DNA from: Octopus vulgaris
Lineage: Eukaryota
Direction of reading: 5' to 3'
Length of the DNA: 64,000 nucleotides
NCBI GenBank assembly: GCA_951406725.2
Contig: OX597816.1
Location: 17,112,001-17,176,000 of the forward strand
Shown here: positions 14,111 through 27,223 of the stretch, piece by piece
Numbering within the stretch: the first letter of the stretch is position 1
Layout: each line of letters starts with the position of its first letter
Made by a program: the position numbers and the translations under genes
The notes under the pieces: model-generated
What the model saw: only the letters and a program-made list of their open reading frames with translations
Databases searched by the model: none
What the model was told of the DNA's origin: nothing

Positions 14111-14899
14111 TGTGTGTATGTATATAAATTCATGTGTATATCTATCTATATATTGTGAGATTGAAATATGAGTGTTGATAGTGACTTCTCCCCAAAAATA
14201 TTGAGTAACCCTTTGATCTAAAATTGGCTTTATTACTTGACATAAAAACAAACATGCACACACGTGTGTATAGAGAGAGAGGAAGGGGGAGTCATGTGTG
14301 TGTGTGTGTATATTGTGTGTAAATGTAAAAAAATACAAACTGGGACAAGAACGTGAAACATTTAGAAGACGATACAAAAAACACGGACGGGACATTCGAA
14401 GCCTTCAATCTTCAGTCAAGAACCGGATCATCTTCGCAATTTCGGCTGATTAATCTTATATATATATATATATATAGGTGTGGGTGTGCGTATAATTAGT
14501 AAATTGCGGATAAAAATTGGGTCATTTATTTACTTAATGTTTTGTAAATGAAAATAAATTTGCTGTTGAGGATCAGCGAAATATATTTTGGATTTTGTTT
14601 TTTTCCGTGAAATTTCCAAGTAAATCAAATAAATTTACAGTTTGTAGAGAAACGTGTTGTGGAAAAAAAAGAAAAAAAAGTGAGTGAGTGAGCGCAAAAG
14701 GAGATTGAAACTGTTCTTGTAAGCATCGATGAAACGAAGAGAGCATTTGTGTCTGTATGTGGGCCTCAGTGAATGAATGAATGGAATGGAATGAACGGCT
14801 GCTTGGCAAACGAATATTAATGGTTAAACAGTAGCCACGAAACGAACGAAGTATGCTATTGAAAACGTGAGTGTTTTGAGAAAGAAGAAAACATAATTG

Positions 14900-15352
14900 G
14901 GCGATCTTTCGTCTCTAGTAGACCTTTCCGTCGATTTCCGTAAAAAAATTTTTTTTTTTTTTACATATGGGCTTGCGGGAACTTTTGAAGTAATGTGAGC
15001 GAAAGAGACTAAGAGAAAGCGATTGTATGAGGAGGGAAGTTCTTTTGAAGTTACCATGCATGGGAGCATTGATGTACATGTGTGTGTGCGTGTTTGATGG
15101 GGTGTGGGAGACAGACAGTATGTTGTGTAAGTGAAGTGCTTCTGTTAGTGTGTGTGAAGAGACAGAGTAATGTGTGAAAGAAAGAGATAACTGAAATTTT
15201 TTACTCGGTGTATATGTATATGTATGTATGCATGTATGTGTATGTGTATATGTATGTATATTACTTCAAAAGTTCCCGCAAGCCCATATGTAAAAAAAAA
15301 AAAAAAAATTACGGAAATCGACGGAAAGGTCTACTAGAGACGAAAGATCGCC
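14900..15352. mobile_element. Young non-autonomous TIR transposon (MITE), Merlin-like (MULE not excluded)
   Basis: ~95-bp near-perfect TIRs starting GGCGATCTTTCG and ending CGAAAGATCGCC; exact 8-bp TSD cataattg at 14892-14899 and 15353-15360; the GGNRM terminus and 8-bp TSD fit Merlin. Confidence 0.8.
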
Positions 15353-16399
15353 CATAATTGTATGAAATAAAGAAGAATCAAAATGAAAAGGGATGCGAGT
15401 TTAGTTTAGTTTGTTTTTTTTCTTCTTAAGAGAACACACACGTGCTTCTTATTATATAATATATATGTTTGTTACAGGTGTGAGGAGTGCATTCACACCT
15501 TACAAAAAGTAAAACGAAATTGCTAATTAAAAATTGTAAAACATAAGCGAACCCCACTGATGTGGTCCGCGGTGTCGCAAAAGTTTTTTAAAGTAAAGAT
15601 TTCTGTTATTGGCCGCAGGCACTAGGACCATTTATAATTACTAAAATACTTTTGTTTTATTACAAAAAAAGTGTTATAATTTTCGTTGTCGCGTGATCCG
15701 AAGACTTGGTCTTAGAATTTGATTTTGCTGTTTTCCAGTAGTATCGTTGATATTGCGATCGATATTAATTATTTCAATCGACCTCGAACAGATATATAAT
15801 GATTTCAGCAATGGAATTCTAAAAACCCAGGTTTTGTCAGTAATTTTTATTACTATCTTATTTCGTCTTTTGTTAAAATTGACATATCCTTAATAGGTTG
15901 TTTAAGTTCCCTGAGTAAGCTAGAACACAATAGTTTTCTTTTGTTATACTTTTGTATTTAGTCATGTGTGTCGTAGAGCAAGAAAGCGGTCAACGTCTTG
16001 TCCCCTGATAAAATCACCCCACTTCATTTTGTACCTCTGAAGAATACCACCCCATTTTTCCCTTCAACTAAAATCATATGACCGCCTACTTTGTCCAGCC
16101 ACACATTGATTTTTCTGCTTAGATTTCGTTTAATTTTGCATCTGTTAGAAAATTACTGACTAGTTCACATTCTGTTAGGGTAACCGCTATATTAAGTGAA
16201 AGCGAACCTCCAACTTTTCCCATTGTCTTTTCATCTCATTCATACACAAGTTTTAACTCACTTCTCAGAAGTGTGTGTATGCATGCGTGTGCAGTAGTTT
16301 TTTTGAATAGGGCTTCAAACATTTTCGTTTACTTGTACCGAGAGAAAACAAAAAGATTGTATTTCCCCCTAAGAAACTACTTGCACTACTCAATCTAGA

Positions 16400-16485
16400 C
16401 AATCTGACTAGATGTATTTATTTATCCTAGTGATAAGAGAAGTAGCGAACTGCTGTGTCAGCGATAACTTAGCTTGCAGGTGAGT
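16400..16485 (+). other. Candidate first (non-coding) exon and splice donor of a plus-strand transcript; start approximate
   Basis: Consensus CAG|GTGAGT at 16477-16485 in CpG-retaining unique sequence, ~2 kb before CpG depletion begins. Confidence 0.45.
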
Positions 16486-17407
16486 TTAAGAGATGATTTA
16501 ACTCGGTTGCGGGCGAGAAGTGAGATAAAGAGAAATAAAAATCACACATTTTCAGTCGTGGGTAAGCTAGTAAAAGCGATGAGAGTTTAAATTGTATATC
16601 TATCTATATATATATATATATATAACATGGCCTTATAGACCTTGCAACAGAGATGGTGATGATTGATGTTAAAATAGTTGAAAGATATTTCTGGGGATAA
16701 AACACCACCTGAAGAATTGTTTTTTTTTCTCTTTTCGTTTTTGTTACGCGGATATGAAACGAGAGATTTTTCTCTTTCAGTTTATTTGTTTTTCTTTCCT
16801 TTTATCTTTTATTGAAGATGAAAAATATTGCAGTTGTGTCTCTGAAATGCATTTTAGATGTAAGTAAAATAAATTGCTTTTCCCGCTGGGAATTGAAATC
16901 AAGTTGTTCACCTGATGCCTTTGTCGTGAACTTAAATTCTATACCATGTCATTCTCGCAAATACGCAGAAATGGAGATTTCTTTGTAACTTCGTCACAAG
17001 GCTGTACATTTTGGAATAAGTCTATGTTGATTTTAATAGAACTCTAGTGGCTTAACTGCTACTTATTTTATCGATCTCAGAATGGAAGGCTATAACTATT
17101 CCGCCTTGATTTCAACTCAGAAAGTAAAGGCAATTAAATGCCATATTTTGTCCGATGTCTTCCTATTTGTCGTCCCTTGCTTTCCTTCGTAAAAAAAATT
17201 AATTAAACATTTCCTGCATTAGTATGGTGATTGCCAACCTTTTCGCTAATAAGAGAAGCCCTTTTATTTAAATGAATTTTCTTAGGAAACCCACCACCCA
17301 GGTTTTTGAGTGGTCAGTCTATCCAAAAAGCCGATTTTGTTAACTAAGTCGTCTTCTCAGTTTCATCTCTTAGTTTAAAGATTATATATATATATTTAGA
17401 TAGATAG

Positions 17408-17580
17408 ATGTTTCTTTATTAACCACACAGGGCTGCACGCAGACGGGACAGATTACATAGTAGAGCTTTTCTTTTGGGGGGAAAGAAAAAAAAGGTGGGG
17501 TAGGTTTTCGATCAAAAGGGATCGTAAAAGGGAAAGAAGAAAAAAAAAGGAAAAGAAACAAGAAAAAAAAAACGGTCAAT
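17408..17580 (-). mobile_element. 3' end of an unclassified non-LTR retroelement (tail ccctgtgtgg..aataaagaaa)
   Basis: A second copy in the opposite orientation lies at ~59420-59550; the tail resembles the cccttgtgggtaataaagaaata tail of SINE family C. Confidence 0.55.
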
Positions 17581-18965
17581 AGATAGATAGATGAGTAGTA
17601 CATTTTATACTGCAGCCGTTCAAGATTTTGAATGCAGCCCACAGATCTCAGTGCGTCTTTGGTAAACCTAGTTTGGGAACCACTGCATTAGCAAAATACC
17701 ACACAGAGTTAAGTTTGAGTCTAGTGGACTGACACTAGTAAATGCATAGTGCGTATTTTCATCTGACCCGAGATTATAAAAAGCTGGTGAGAGTTGAACA
17801 AAAAAAAAAAAGAGGGCGAAAAGTATATTTTTATCTGGCCCTTTCGTCCAGTAAGTTTCTCCCTTTTGCGAAAGATGAAATGGCGAAGGTAAAGAACGTG
17901 CACACCATTCGTCGGACGAAAGTGAAACATCCGGCGTTTTTACCTTTTTCAAAGCGGGGAGGTGATTGATAGGGGAAGTGTTTCTTTAAGAAAAATGAAA
18001 ATTAAAAAAAAATATTCACAGATTCATAATCTCTGTATTTTTTATACGTGGATAAGAAAAAGAATTTGAAAAAAAGTTTAAAATTAAGAAATTGATGGGG
18101 GTGAGGGGTTAAAATTTTTAAAACGTGATTTTCGGCCAAAATCGTATCCTCCTATTTCGAAAACAGACATCCGAAAAAATTCCGGAAAAAAATTTTTAAA
18201 AATCGGACGTGGGTGGTGAGCATGCGCTTTACCTTCGCCAATGAAATACGTTGAACCAAGATCATAAACGCAAAAGAAAGCTGGGATAAACGCTGGCACA
18301 TCCATCGTTGATCACTTTTAAAAGAAAGCCATTTGACTGATGAACCAAGATTAACTTAGGCGCTTTAACCATCTCTCCCCACTCGCTCTCTCTCTCTCTC
18401 CCTCGCTCTCTCTCTTTCTCCCTCTGCTATTGTCTTCTACTAATGTCGTTGTTTAGTATCAAGTCAACCTTTATTGAGAGACCTCTGATCAAATGCATTC
18501 CAACCATGACCAAACTTCCTTTTCCCTTTATGGAGGGAACGCAAAATGTTAACCAATGTTATAGCGTAGGATTTGGCTGCTATTTCTAGCAAGTAGAGCG
18601 ACCGTATTGAGGCGTCCTCAGAAATCGCAAGGAAATCCCCTCATACCTCCTACGTCATCTGCTCAACCGTCCAGAAATGGCAGCATCAAGGGGTCCCATG
18701 CCTCAAATATATATATCATCATCATCATCACTTAAAGTCCGTTTTCTATGCTGGCATGGGTTGGATGGTTTGACTGAGGTCTGGAGAGCCAGCAGCTGTA
18801 CCAAGCTCCAGTCTGATCTGGTAATGTTTCTACAGCTGGATGCCCTTCCTAACACCAACCACCCCGAGAGTGTAGTGGGTGCTTTTTACGTGCCACCGGC
18901 ACAGGAGCCAGTGAGGGGATACTGGCATCAGCCACATTCGGATGGTGCTTTTTTTGTACCACATA

Positions 18966-19355
18966 TCTATATATATAAAGCTGAAGTTGTCTGTGTGTGG
19001 CAGGTTTGGTAGCCTTCAACTAACACTATCTCCTCCGAGACCCTGTGGTGCAAGTTGACCAAAATTGAAAGTATGATAGAAGAAGGCTTGCTCTTCATTT
19101 TGTAGAAGATAAAATTCAAATCGGACCATGTTAACACCAAAAACTATTTACATCAAAAAGGTGCTTTTTTTCTATGAAAATCCCTATTTTTTATGATTTT
19201 TTGACTGCTGTGTCGTCATTTTTCGGTGTATTTCAACCAGAAAAATGTTCACTTAAAGAGAATAACAAGCTACATAATGCAAAATTTTTACTTTTCAAAA
19301 CTTTCAATTCTAAAGGGTTGAAACAAACCCGAGCAATGCTGGGCGATACTGCTGG
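18966..19355 (+). mobile_element. Non-autonomous Helitron
   Basis: 5' A|TC start (tctatatatataaag), subterminal hairpin cccgagcaatgctggg and CTGG|T end; closely similar to the copy at 61570-61960, which ends CTAG|T. Confidence 0.8.
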
Positions 19356-19984
19356 TATATTAATAAAATGATGGTCAAAGTTTGAATGCCTGTGATCCTA
19401 GGTTTGCTGGAGTAGTATTGATCCAGGGTTAAACAACAACTTCTGTTCCTATGTCCTTATCCTCATGTTCAACATCAAACAGACACTACCAGATGATCTT
19501 CCTGTAGAGCTACAACCTTTTGAAATTCCCTCATTGTTCATATACTGTGTGACCCTAGGTCAGCCTTGATTGAGCAGACCTTTAATCCAACCTCAATCAT
19601 CTGGATCTTTCCTCTCTCTCTCTAAAGAAACTAAAACCTCAATATTCAACATAACTTTTCTAAGACAATAAGGTGTAATCTGAAGTATCAATGTAGTAGA
19701 TCTCTTGTTGACTCATTGATTTGCATTTTGCTGCTTCTTGGTATAGTGGAAGAGAAGAAGGTAGATCAGAAATCTCAAGTTGTCACTAACCACTACATCA
19801 ATCCTTGTTTGAGGTTCAGTTGTTCATCAATGTTACAGAAAAGCTTCATGAACTTCTGTGCTTTCTTAGGCACCAATTATGAATTGAGATAATAAAAATA
19901 TAAGACTGTGCCCCAGGACAGTTTTTTATGTCATTGCCTACATAACCTTTCCTTACAGTTCTATATTTAAGAGATGAGGAATTA

Positions 19985-20327
19985 TTTACATTTGACGGAT
20001 ATTTGTCCTCATCTTGTTTGTTGTTAACAACATTTCGGCTGATATACCCTCCAAGTCTTCTTCAGGTGTCTTGGGGAAATTTCAAACCTGGGTTCTCTTT
20101 CCTAAGGTATTTTTCGATATTATTATTATTGAACTCAGAATCTTGGGGTTAGTAGCCCGCACTCTTAACCACTATGCCCAATGATAATAATAATAACATT
20201 GAAAAATACCTTAGGTATGAGAACCCAGATTCGAAATTTCCCCAAGACACCTGAAGAAGGCTGGAGGGTATATCAACCAAAATGTTGTGTTAACAACAAA
20301 CAAGATGAGGACAGATATCCATCAAAT
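19985..20327. mobile_element. Penelope-like fold-back fragment (two inverted ~140-bp arms), each arm with a decayed minimal hammerhead motif
   Basis: Arms ~19988-20130 and ~20184-20327; consensus of the two arms is acac CTGAAGA aggctg..cagcc GAAA (c/t)g TT gtgt. Confidence 0.65.
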
Positions 20328-20702
20328 ATATATAATGTAAGTTTCCCTTGTTCTATCCGGTAGCAGGCTTCCACTGGAAAACCTTAGCCACGTGTATTTC
20401 CAACAGTGGCACTGTATAATAAGGATGCCGGGAACCAGTGCATCAAGTAGTCATGATATCTCCCTGTGAGAAGCCTAAACTGAATACTTCTTTTAGAGTG
20501 AACTGTATGAAAAATACCCTAGGGTCTTGAGCCTTTTGGAGTGTTAACATGTTAAGGGTTAAAACAGTAATGACTCAAAGACAAAAGATAAAGTTTTAAG
20601 TCAATAACTCAAAAGAACCAAACAAGGACACATTCACCATTTTTGATAGTTCATTACTCTCTCTCTCTCCCATATATATATATATGTGTGTGTGTGTGTG
20701 AA

Positions 20703-21026
20703 GGCACATGGCTCAGTGGTTAGAGCATCGAGGTTACGATTGTGAGGTTGTGCGTTCGAATCCCAGACCAGGCTGCATGTTGTGTTCTTGAGCAAAACAC
20801 TTTATTTCACATTGCTCCAGTTCACTCAGCTGTAGAAATAAGTTGCGACATCACAGGTGCCAAGCTGTATCGGCCCCTTTTGCCTTTCCCTTGGATAACA
20901 CTGGTGGCGTGGAGAAGGGAGGCCGGTATACATGGGCAACTGCTGCTCTTCCATAAAACAGCCTTGCCTGGGAGGGTAACTTACTAGGTGCAATCCCATG
21001 GTCAATCATGACCGAAGGGGGTCTCA
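20703..21026 (+). mobile_element. tRNA-derived SINE, family D
   Basis: A box tggctcagtggttagagc, B box gttcgaatccc; tail catgaccgaagggggtc; other copies at 40857-41172 (-) and 57583-57768 (-). Confidence 0.85.
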
Positions 21027-21196
21027 GCATATATATATATATATAGGAAAATGTGTTGTTGAGAATGCTCCTAAATTCCCAAAACTCATAAATGTTTAAA
21101 ATACATTTATTTACATATGTACCAAACAAGTTTCAACAATATTTTTTGTTTATCAATGGTAAAAGTTTAAACTTAGAAAACCATCTTTAAAAGTCT

Positions 21197-21310
21197 CAAT
21201 GTTGACAAATTAAAATGCTTCAATCTTGATAAATTAAAATATTTCAATGTTGACAAATTAAAATGTTTCAATTTTGACAAATTAAAATGTTTCAATGTTG
21301 ATAAATTAAC
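21197..21310. repeat. 24-bp tandem repeat, ~5 copies
   Basis: Unit caatgttgacaaattaaaatgttt. Confidence 0.9.
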
Positions 21311-21393
21311 ATATTCAAAACAGAAGGTGTAAGTTTGAATGTTCATAACAGTCAATAAAATTAAAACTGTATATCAATTTGTTATATATATAC

Positions 21394-21519
21394 AAAATTT
21401 AGAGGACTGACCACTAAAAGTGGACAGCCTATATGCTAAACATAGATGTCAAATCGCCATTTGGCATCTTTGTTTAGCATATAAGCTGTCCCCTTTTAGG
21501 GATCAGTCCTCTAAATTTT
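21394..21519. repeat. ~125-bp imperfect palindrome (Penelope-like fold-back)
   Basis: aaaatttagaggactga...gatgtcaaat cgcc atttggcatc...tcagtcctctaaatttt; shares tatgcta..atagatgtcaaa with the 41291-41819 element. Confidence 0.8.
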
Positions 21520-21717
21520 ATATGTAAAACAATTTTAATCTACGGAATTTTAAAAATATGCTTAGCCACTGGTTTTAATTGATTAATATCAATTTCTACC
21601 CTTATATAATTTTATATATATATATATACATGCACATGTATGTATGTGTATATAGAAAGGGTGTTTAGGCTAAATTTGAGGTTTTTTAATGTCTCCTTTC
21701 TTTTTTTTTTTTTCCAG

Positions 21718-21906
21718 AAACAGCTTGATGCATTGGTGAACAGTCAACGGCGTTGGAGAGCATTAAGATTAAAATTGTAGTTGAGAAAAAGTTAGCTGAC
21801 ATGGAGAACTGGAAGCCATTTGAATTTTGTAAAAGAGTTACCTGCCAGGTATCAAAATGCTGACACTGTGACTGCTGTTTAATGCTCTGCAAACATTGTA
21901 AAGGCT
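21718..21906 (+). other. Candidate internal exon, probably 5' UTR or non-coding (could contain a start codon)
   Basis: Strong acceptor (T)n-CCAG|A and donor |GTAAGT at 21907; all three frames have stops near the 5' end; ATG at 21801 gives MENWKPFEFCKRVTCQ up to a weaker donor at 21849. Confidence 0.5.
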
Positions 21907-22109
21907 GTAAGTCATGACATGGACAGCTGCAATTGCGGCCCCCAAACCATGGCTAGCAAGAAGGGACACAGAAGGCATCCTGACTGTGTCTGCATGCCTG
22001 TAATTCTCTGCAGCCCTACTATTAATATAATTTCAATGTGATGCATTTAGCATTTGTTATTTTTCTTTGGAGACTATTCCTATAGTTTAGTTCACAGTAA
22101 AGTCATGTA

Positions 22110-22618
22110 CCATAAATCCTCAAATATAGTCCGCCCTTGAGTATAATACACAGGGGATTTTTACTCTGAAAAACCTAAACCTTGTGTATAATACACACCC
22201 CTTCTCTAACTTGAGTCAAGGAGGTCTATATAACGTCCTTGGTTTGTAAAAATGTATACGGTAACGTCCTTTATTATTATTGTATATATAACATAATGCA
22301 AACGTGTAGCTTTTTTGTGCATTTTGTTTGCAGAAAATAAAGAAATAACAGTAATAATAGTAATAACATTTAATAAATGTTACTTACTGCATGTTATGGA
22401 TGATTCTTTTGTGACATCATTGCTTTCAGACTTAGCTTAAGGTATTTTCGTGCCCGACATCACAAAATGCATCTGAATAAACATTGCCGGACAGCAAATA
22501 GGGTGTCGGACATTGCTTAGAAAATAATTTTCATTTTTAACCTCGTATATAGTACGCACTAGGGATTTTGACCTTTAAATTTTGGGAAAAAATGCAGATT
22601 ATACTTAAGGATTTACGG
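22110..22618. mobile_element. pogo/Tc2-like MITE
   Basis: TA|ccataaatcctcaaatatagtccgc ... gcagattatacttaaggatttacgg|TA: CCGTA-type TIRs with TA TSD. Confidence 0.75.
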
Positions 22619-24839
22619 TATTACAAATTAATAAAGTCATTTAGAGTGTAAGATAAAAAAATAAATAAATAAACTTGTAGTATTTGTTCCAGTCCTCAGA
22701 GCCATGAGTTCAAATCCTGCCAAGGTCAACTTTGCTTTACATCCTTTGTGGGTCAATAAAAACGAGCTGTGAATTGGCAGAAGCATGAGGCAGTCAGACC
22801 AGATGCCTTACAGTATTTGTTCCAACTCTTTGCATTCTGAGTTCAAATCCCACTTCGACCTACTTGTGTAGTAGACTTCATCCATCACTGAGTTTAGCCC
22901 CTGGGATCTTGGGCAATTTTCGTAGACCCTATCCTGCTGGAAGCATTCAGGGGAGAATTCCAATTTCGAAATACCTACCCAGCCCCCATTAATCTTGGAG
23001 GCCCACTAAAGGGTCATAGGCCTTGTCTACTAATATAAGATGTAAATAAAATCACCCATTACATTTTTGTTGTTTCACTTTGCTTTTTGATATATATAGA
23101 TATGTGTATACATATCTAGATATGTATATATTGAGAACTGCTGAGATATATCATCATCATTCTTTATCCTCATCATCATCATTTAAAATCCACTTTTCCA
23201 TGCTTGCATGGATCGAATGAATTCATTGAGGCAAATTTTCTACAGCTGGACACCCTTCTTATTGCCAACCCTCACCTATTTCCATATATGTATATATTTC
23301 CTCATGGCCTGACATGTTTTTACAGATGACTGGAAGTAAAGGATAGATGATGGGCTTCGTTCAGTTTCTGTCCACCAGATCCACTCACAAAGCTTTGGTT
23401 GGCTCCAGGTTATAGTAGAAAACACTTGTCCAAGATACCACATGGTGGGACTGAACCCAGAACTGTGTGGTTGAAAAGCAAACTTCTTACCACACAGCCC
23501 CACCTACACCTATACGTTATATTCTTTTCTTTGTTGACACAAAAAACGTGTCCTGGATACAATATGTTCTTTCAAATCCTAGCAGAGAGAAAATAAAATA
23601 ATTTTATTTCCATTCTGATGAGGCTTCACTCACTACTGTAAAATGAAAAACCTATGGGGAACTAATAGAAATTATAGCTTGGAAATCTGGCACAAACAAA
23701 AATCCGAAGACTCCAATCGCTGGTAACACAATAGTGCTAATAATAAAATTAAAATATCTTTGTTTCTTTTGTGGTTTTCGATGTATTTTTTTCATTGAAT
23801 TCATATTAAAACTAATAATTAAATATTGTAAAAAGAGAAAATCTATCAATGCAACCACTACTATATAAGCTTGTGTTTGTGTGCATGCGTGAGCTGTGTT
23901 CGATATATAATTTAAACAGCAACTCTAATTTCCTGCCAGACTTTTGCTGAAGTATGAAAAAAAAAAAAAAAAAAATCATAAATAAATAAAATAAATCAGT
24001 AAAAAAAATAAATCTGATTACGATCAATCAGTTTTGGGCTGTCTTCGTTTAGTATATAGCACTAGTATAAAAGTGATAATATAAAACAACAACAACAATA
24101 CTAATAATATGTGGGAATAGATGAATGTTAAAGCATTAAAGATATCTTTGAAAATCAATAGTCTAACAATAATATGATACGCTCACATAGCTATTTACAA
24201 ACAAATGAATAGATATATGAGTAGTGTGTGTGGGTGTGTGCATATATGTATGTGTGCGTGTGTGTGTGTGCGCATACTCATTCTCATATTTCCATACATG
24301 TATGTAAGCATGTCTACACATACGTGTATAAATATGTGTTTGTGTGTATGTATATGTAAATATATAATATATATGTGAGTATGTATGTACACATCATATA
24401 TATATATATGTGTGTGTATATACACATATATGTATGTGTGTAAATATATATATATACACACACATACATATATATTCATCTATATATACATATATATATG
24501 TACATATATATATATGTACATATATATATATATACATACATATATATATATATACACATACATATATATATATACACATACATATATATATATATATACA
24601 CATACATGCATATATATATACACACACACACACACATATATATATACATAAAAGTGAGTTTGGAGAGATACATTGTCTGGGCGGATACTGTGTTAGCTCT
24701 CAGTTGGGGTCCAGATGTCAGCTAACCACAATCGTCAGTATCCAATATTTGCGTCCACAATTATTTGTTGGTCACACCATGAATTCTTCCATCGAGTAAT
24801 TCCGTGTGTCCCAGGAGTGTATTTTACTATTAATAATAA

Positions 24840-25130
24840 TAATGAGTATGGAGACTTGTACATCCACAGAATTTATTTTATAGTTATATACAACATATAT
24901 TGCAATGACCTACATGTGTTTCCGCTGCAGCGAGTACTCATGGTTGCAAATGCAACCTTGCAGTATTGTTGGTGAAGAAGCCAGACCTTGATGAAACTGC
25001 GCTGACAATATTGTAAGGGTGCATCTGCAACAGTGAGTAGTTGCTGTCGCAGAAACATGTATAGGTCATTGTAATATCTGTATATAACTATAAGATAAAT
25101 TCTGTGGATGTACAAGTCTCCATACTTATT
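24840..25130. mobile_element. Penelope-like fold-back with a hammerhead relic
   Basis: Arms ~24840-24970 and ~25003-25130; gacc TTGATGA...GAAA catgta TA ggtc at 24984-25067. Confidence 0.65.
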
Positions 25131-25139
25131 GAAATTGAA

Positions 25140-25626
25140 ATCAAATTCAATGATAGCACTGCAAGACTGGCATCCGTGCTAGTGGAGTGCTAAGAGCATC
25201 ATCCAAGCAGGATCATTGCCAGGGCTACTAACTGGCCTTTGTGCTGGTGGCACATAAAAAGCACCATGTAAGTGTGATCGTTACCAGTGTCTCCCTACTG
25301 GCACTTGTGTTGGGGGTATGTGAAAAACAACATTCGAGTGAGGGCGTTACCAATGCTGCTGGAGTGGCTCTTGTGCATGTGACACGTAAAAACACCATTT
25401 GAGCATGGCCGTTGCCAGTACCGCCTGACTGGCCCTCGTGCCGGTGGCATGTAAAAGCACCCACTACACTTTTGGAGTGGTTGGCATTAGGAAGGGCATC
25501 CTGCCGTAGAAACTCTACCAGATCAGATTGGAGCCTTGTGCAGCCATCTGGTTCACCAGTCCCCTGTCAAACCGTCCACCCAATGCCAGCATGGAAAGTG
25601 GACGTTAAATGATGAATGATGATGAT
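25140..25626 (+). mobile_element. Family B retroelement (RTE-LINE 3' UTR-like, (GAT)n tail)
   Basis: Repeated gtgccggtggcac-gtaaaagcac units, then gagtggttggcattaggaagggcatcc and ggacgttaaatgatga. Confidence 0.8.
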
Positions 25627-26125
25627 ACATATATATGCATATATATACTTCTATATATATTTGATTAATGAGAGAGATGGAAGATGGAAGATATGAGAAT
25701 GTTTATTGATCCATACAACTGTTTTGACCCATCTAACATAATCCTTCATAAGTGGGGTCTTGAACAATTGGTTTAGAAGTATCCATCAGTGTAGATGTGT
25801 CTCTTCAGGTGATTACAAGATATATCTCGTTAAAATAACGTCTGTTCCACAAGTTTTCTTCTCACTATGTGTATACAAAAACAACAAATTAAGGATACAG
25901 GTTCGTTATTATAGAAGATCAATAAAAATCAGATGCAAAAAGAAATAAAAATACACAATACAGTGAAAAAGTATTAAGCGTAACTGTTAGCAGATATGGA
26001 TGTATAAACACCCTCACTTAGGTTGTATAGTGCATGCACACTTGCTCATACAGATCTACACAAAGATATAAACATGTACATGTGCAGTTTGGTGCACATT
26101 TGCTCAAACAGAGAATTAAAAGATA

Positions 26126-27223
26126 CGTTGTGGACAAAATATTGGAAACACCTAGCATCATATCATAATTTTGATATATCTATAAAACCATCAAATGCTT
26201 GTTTATTTTTGTGTTTTTTTTATTTATTGTTAGTGTGGCTTAAATTGCTGTTCTTTTCAGATATCATCAGAAAAGGGAAATTAAAATTCATTAAAATGAC
26301 AGATTGGCAGGCGCTAGCATAATGACAACAGCGAAAGTGTTTAGTGTATTAAGAAATACTATCTCGAAAGTAATGACAGCTTTAAGAAAGAGGAAAAACC
26401 TCCTCGTCGAAACAAAACTCCAGAAGGAAACCAAAGCTTTCAGATAGGGACCGTCAGTCTCTTACACGAATTGTTAGAAAGGATCACAAAAGTACAGCTC
26501 CCAAAGTTACTGCAGAGTTTAATAACCTCCTTGAGAACCCAGTTTCCATGAAAAACTGTTTGGCAGGTGCTGCACAAAGCCAAATTTCACAGGAGGGCTT
26601 CAATCAGAAAACCACTACTTCCAAAAACAAATGTCGCAAAGCGTTTAGAGCGGAGTAAAAACCTACAGAATTGGTCCCTAGAGCAGTGGAAGAATGTTAT
26701 TTTCTTGGACAAGTCTTCCTTTACCTTATTTCTGACCACCGGCAAAGTATACGTGTGGAGATAGCCAACAGAAGCATTTGACCCAGATTGCCTTCTTCCA
26801 ACTGTTAAACATGGAGAAGAATCTGTGATGATCTTGGGGAGGGGCTATATCTTGGAAATCTGCTGGCTCATTGGCTTTTCTTCATGGCAGAATTAATAGT
26901 CAAGACTATTTATGTATTTTATCTGATCAAATTCATCCTACGGTTCTGGAACTGTTTCCGGAGGGAAATGCAATCTTTCAGGATGATAGTATTTCTTAAT
27001 ACACTAAACACTTTCACTGTTGTCATTATCCTAGCGCCTGCCAATCTGTCATTTTAATGAATTTTAATTTCCCTTTTCTGATGATATCTGAAAAGAAACA
27101 GCAATTTAAGCAACACTAATAATAAAAAAAACCCACAAAAATAAACAAGCTTTTGACGGTTTTATAGATATATCAAAATTATGATATGATGCTAGGCGTT
27201 TCCAATATTTTGCCCAACCCCTA
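26126..27223 (+). mobile_element. Tc1-family transposon with a truncated, frameshifted transposase and an inverted duplication of its left end
   Basis: Transposase remnants from ATG 26296: SSSKQNSRRKPKLSDRD, IRKPLLPKTNVAKRL, WKNVIFLDKSSF, PTVKHG, NAIFQDD (26987); arms 26126-26363 and 26985-27223; TA at both ends. Confidence 0.92.

Noticed and set aside
3918-14395. Dozens of YI/HT/CV/MY-repeat ORFs
   Set aside because: Microsatellite translations in overlapping frames on both strands
20703-20775. tRNA gene candidates (also 30573, 43502, 51500-51575, 20130-20170)
   Set aside because: A/B boxes are present but continue into SINE bodies without a closed acceptor stem or terminator
23614-23690. 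Perfect CTGATGA followed by a distant GAAA
   Set aside because: No convincing stems I and III or cleavage triplet; likewise CTGACGA at 42853-42859 (-)
24680-24800. GIY-YIG-like remnant (CGRKY/IG..RL..H) on the minus strand
   Set aside because: Needs several frameshifts; suggestive given the adjacent fold-back but not supportable without a search
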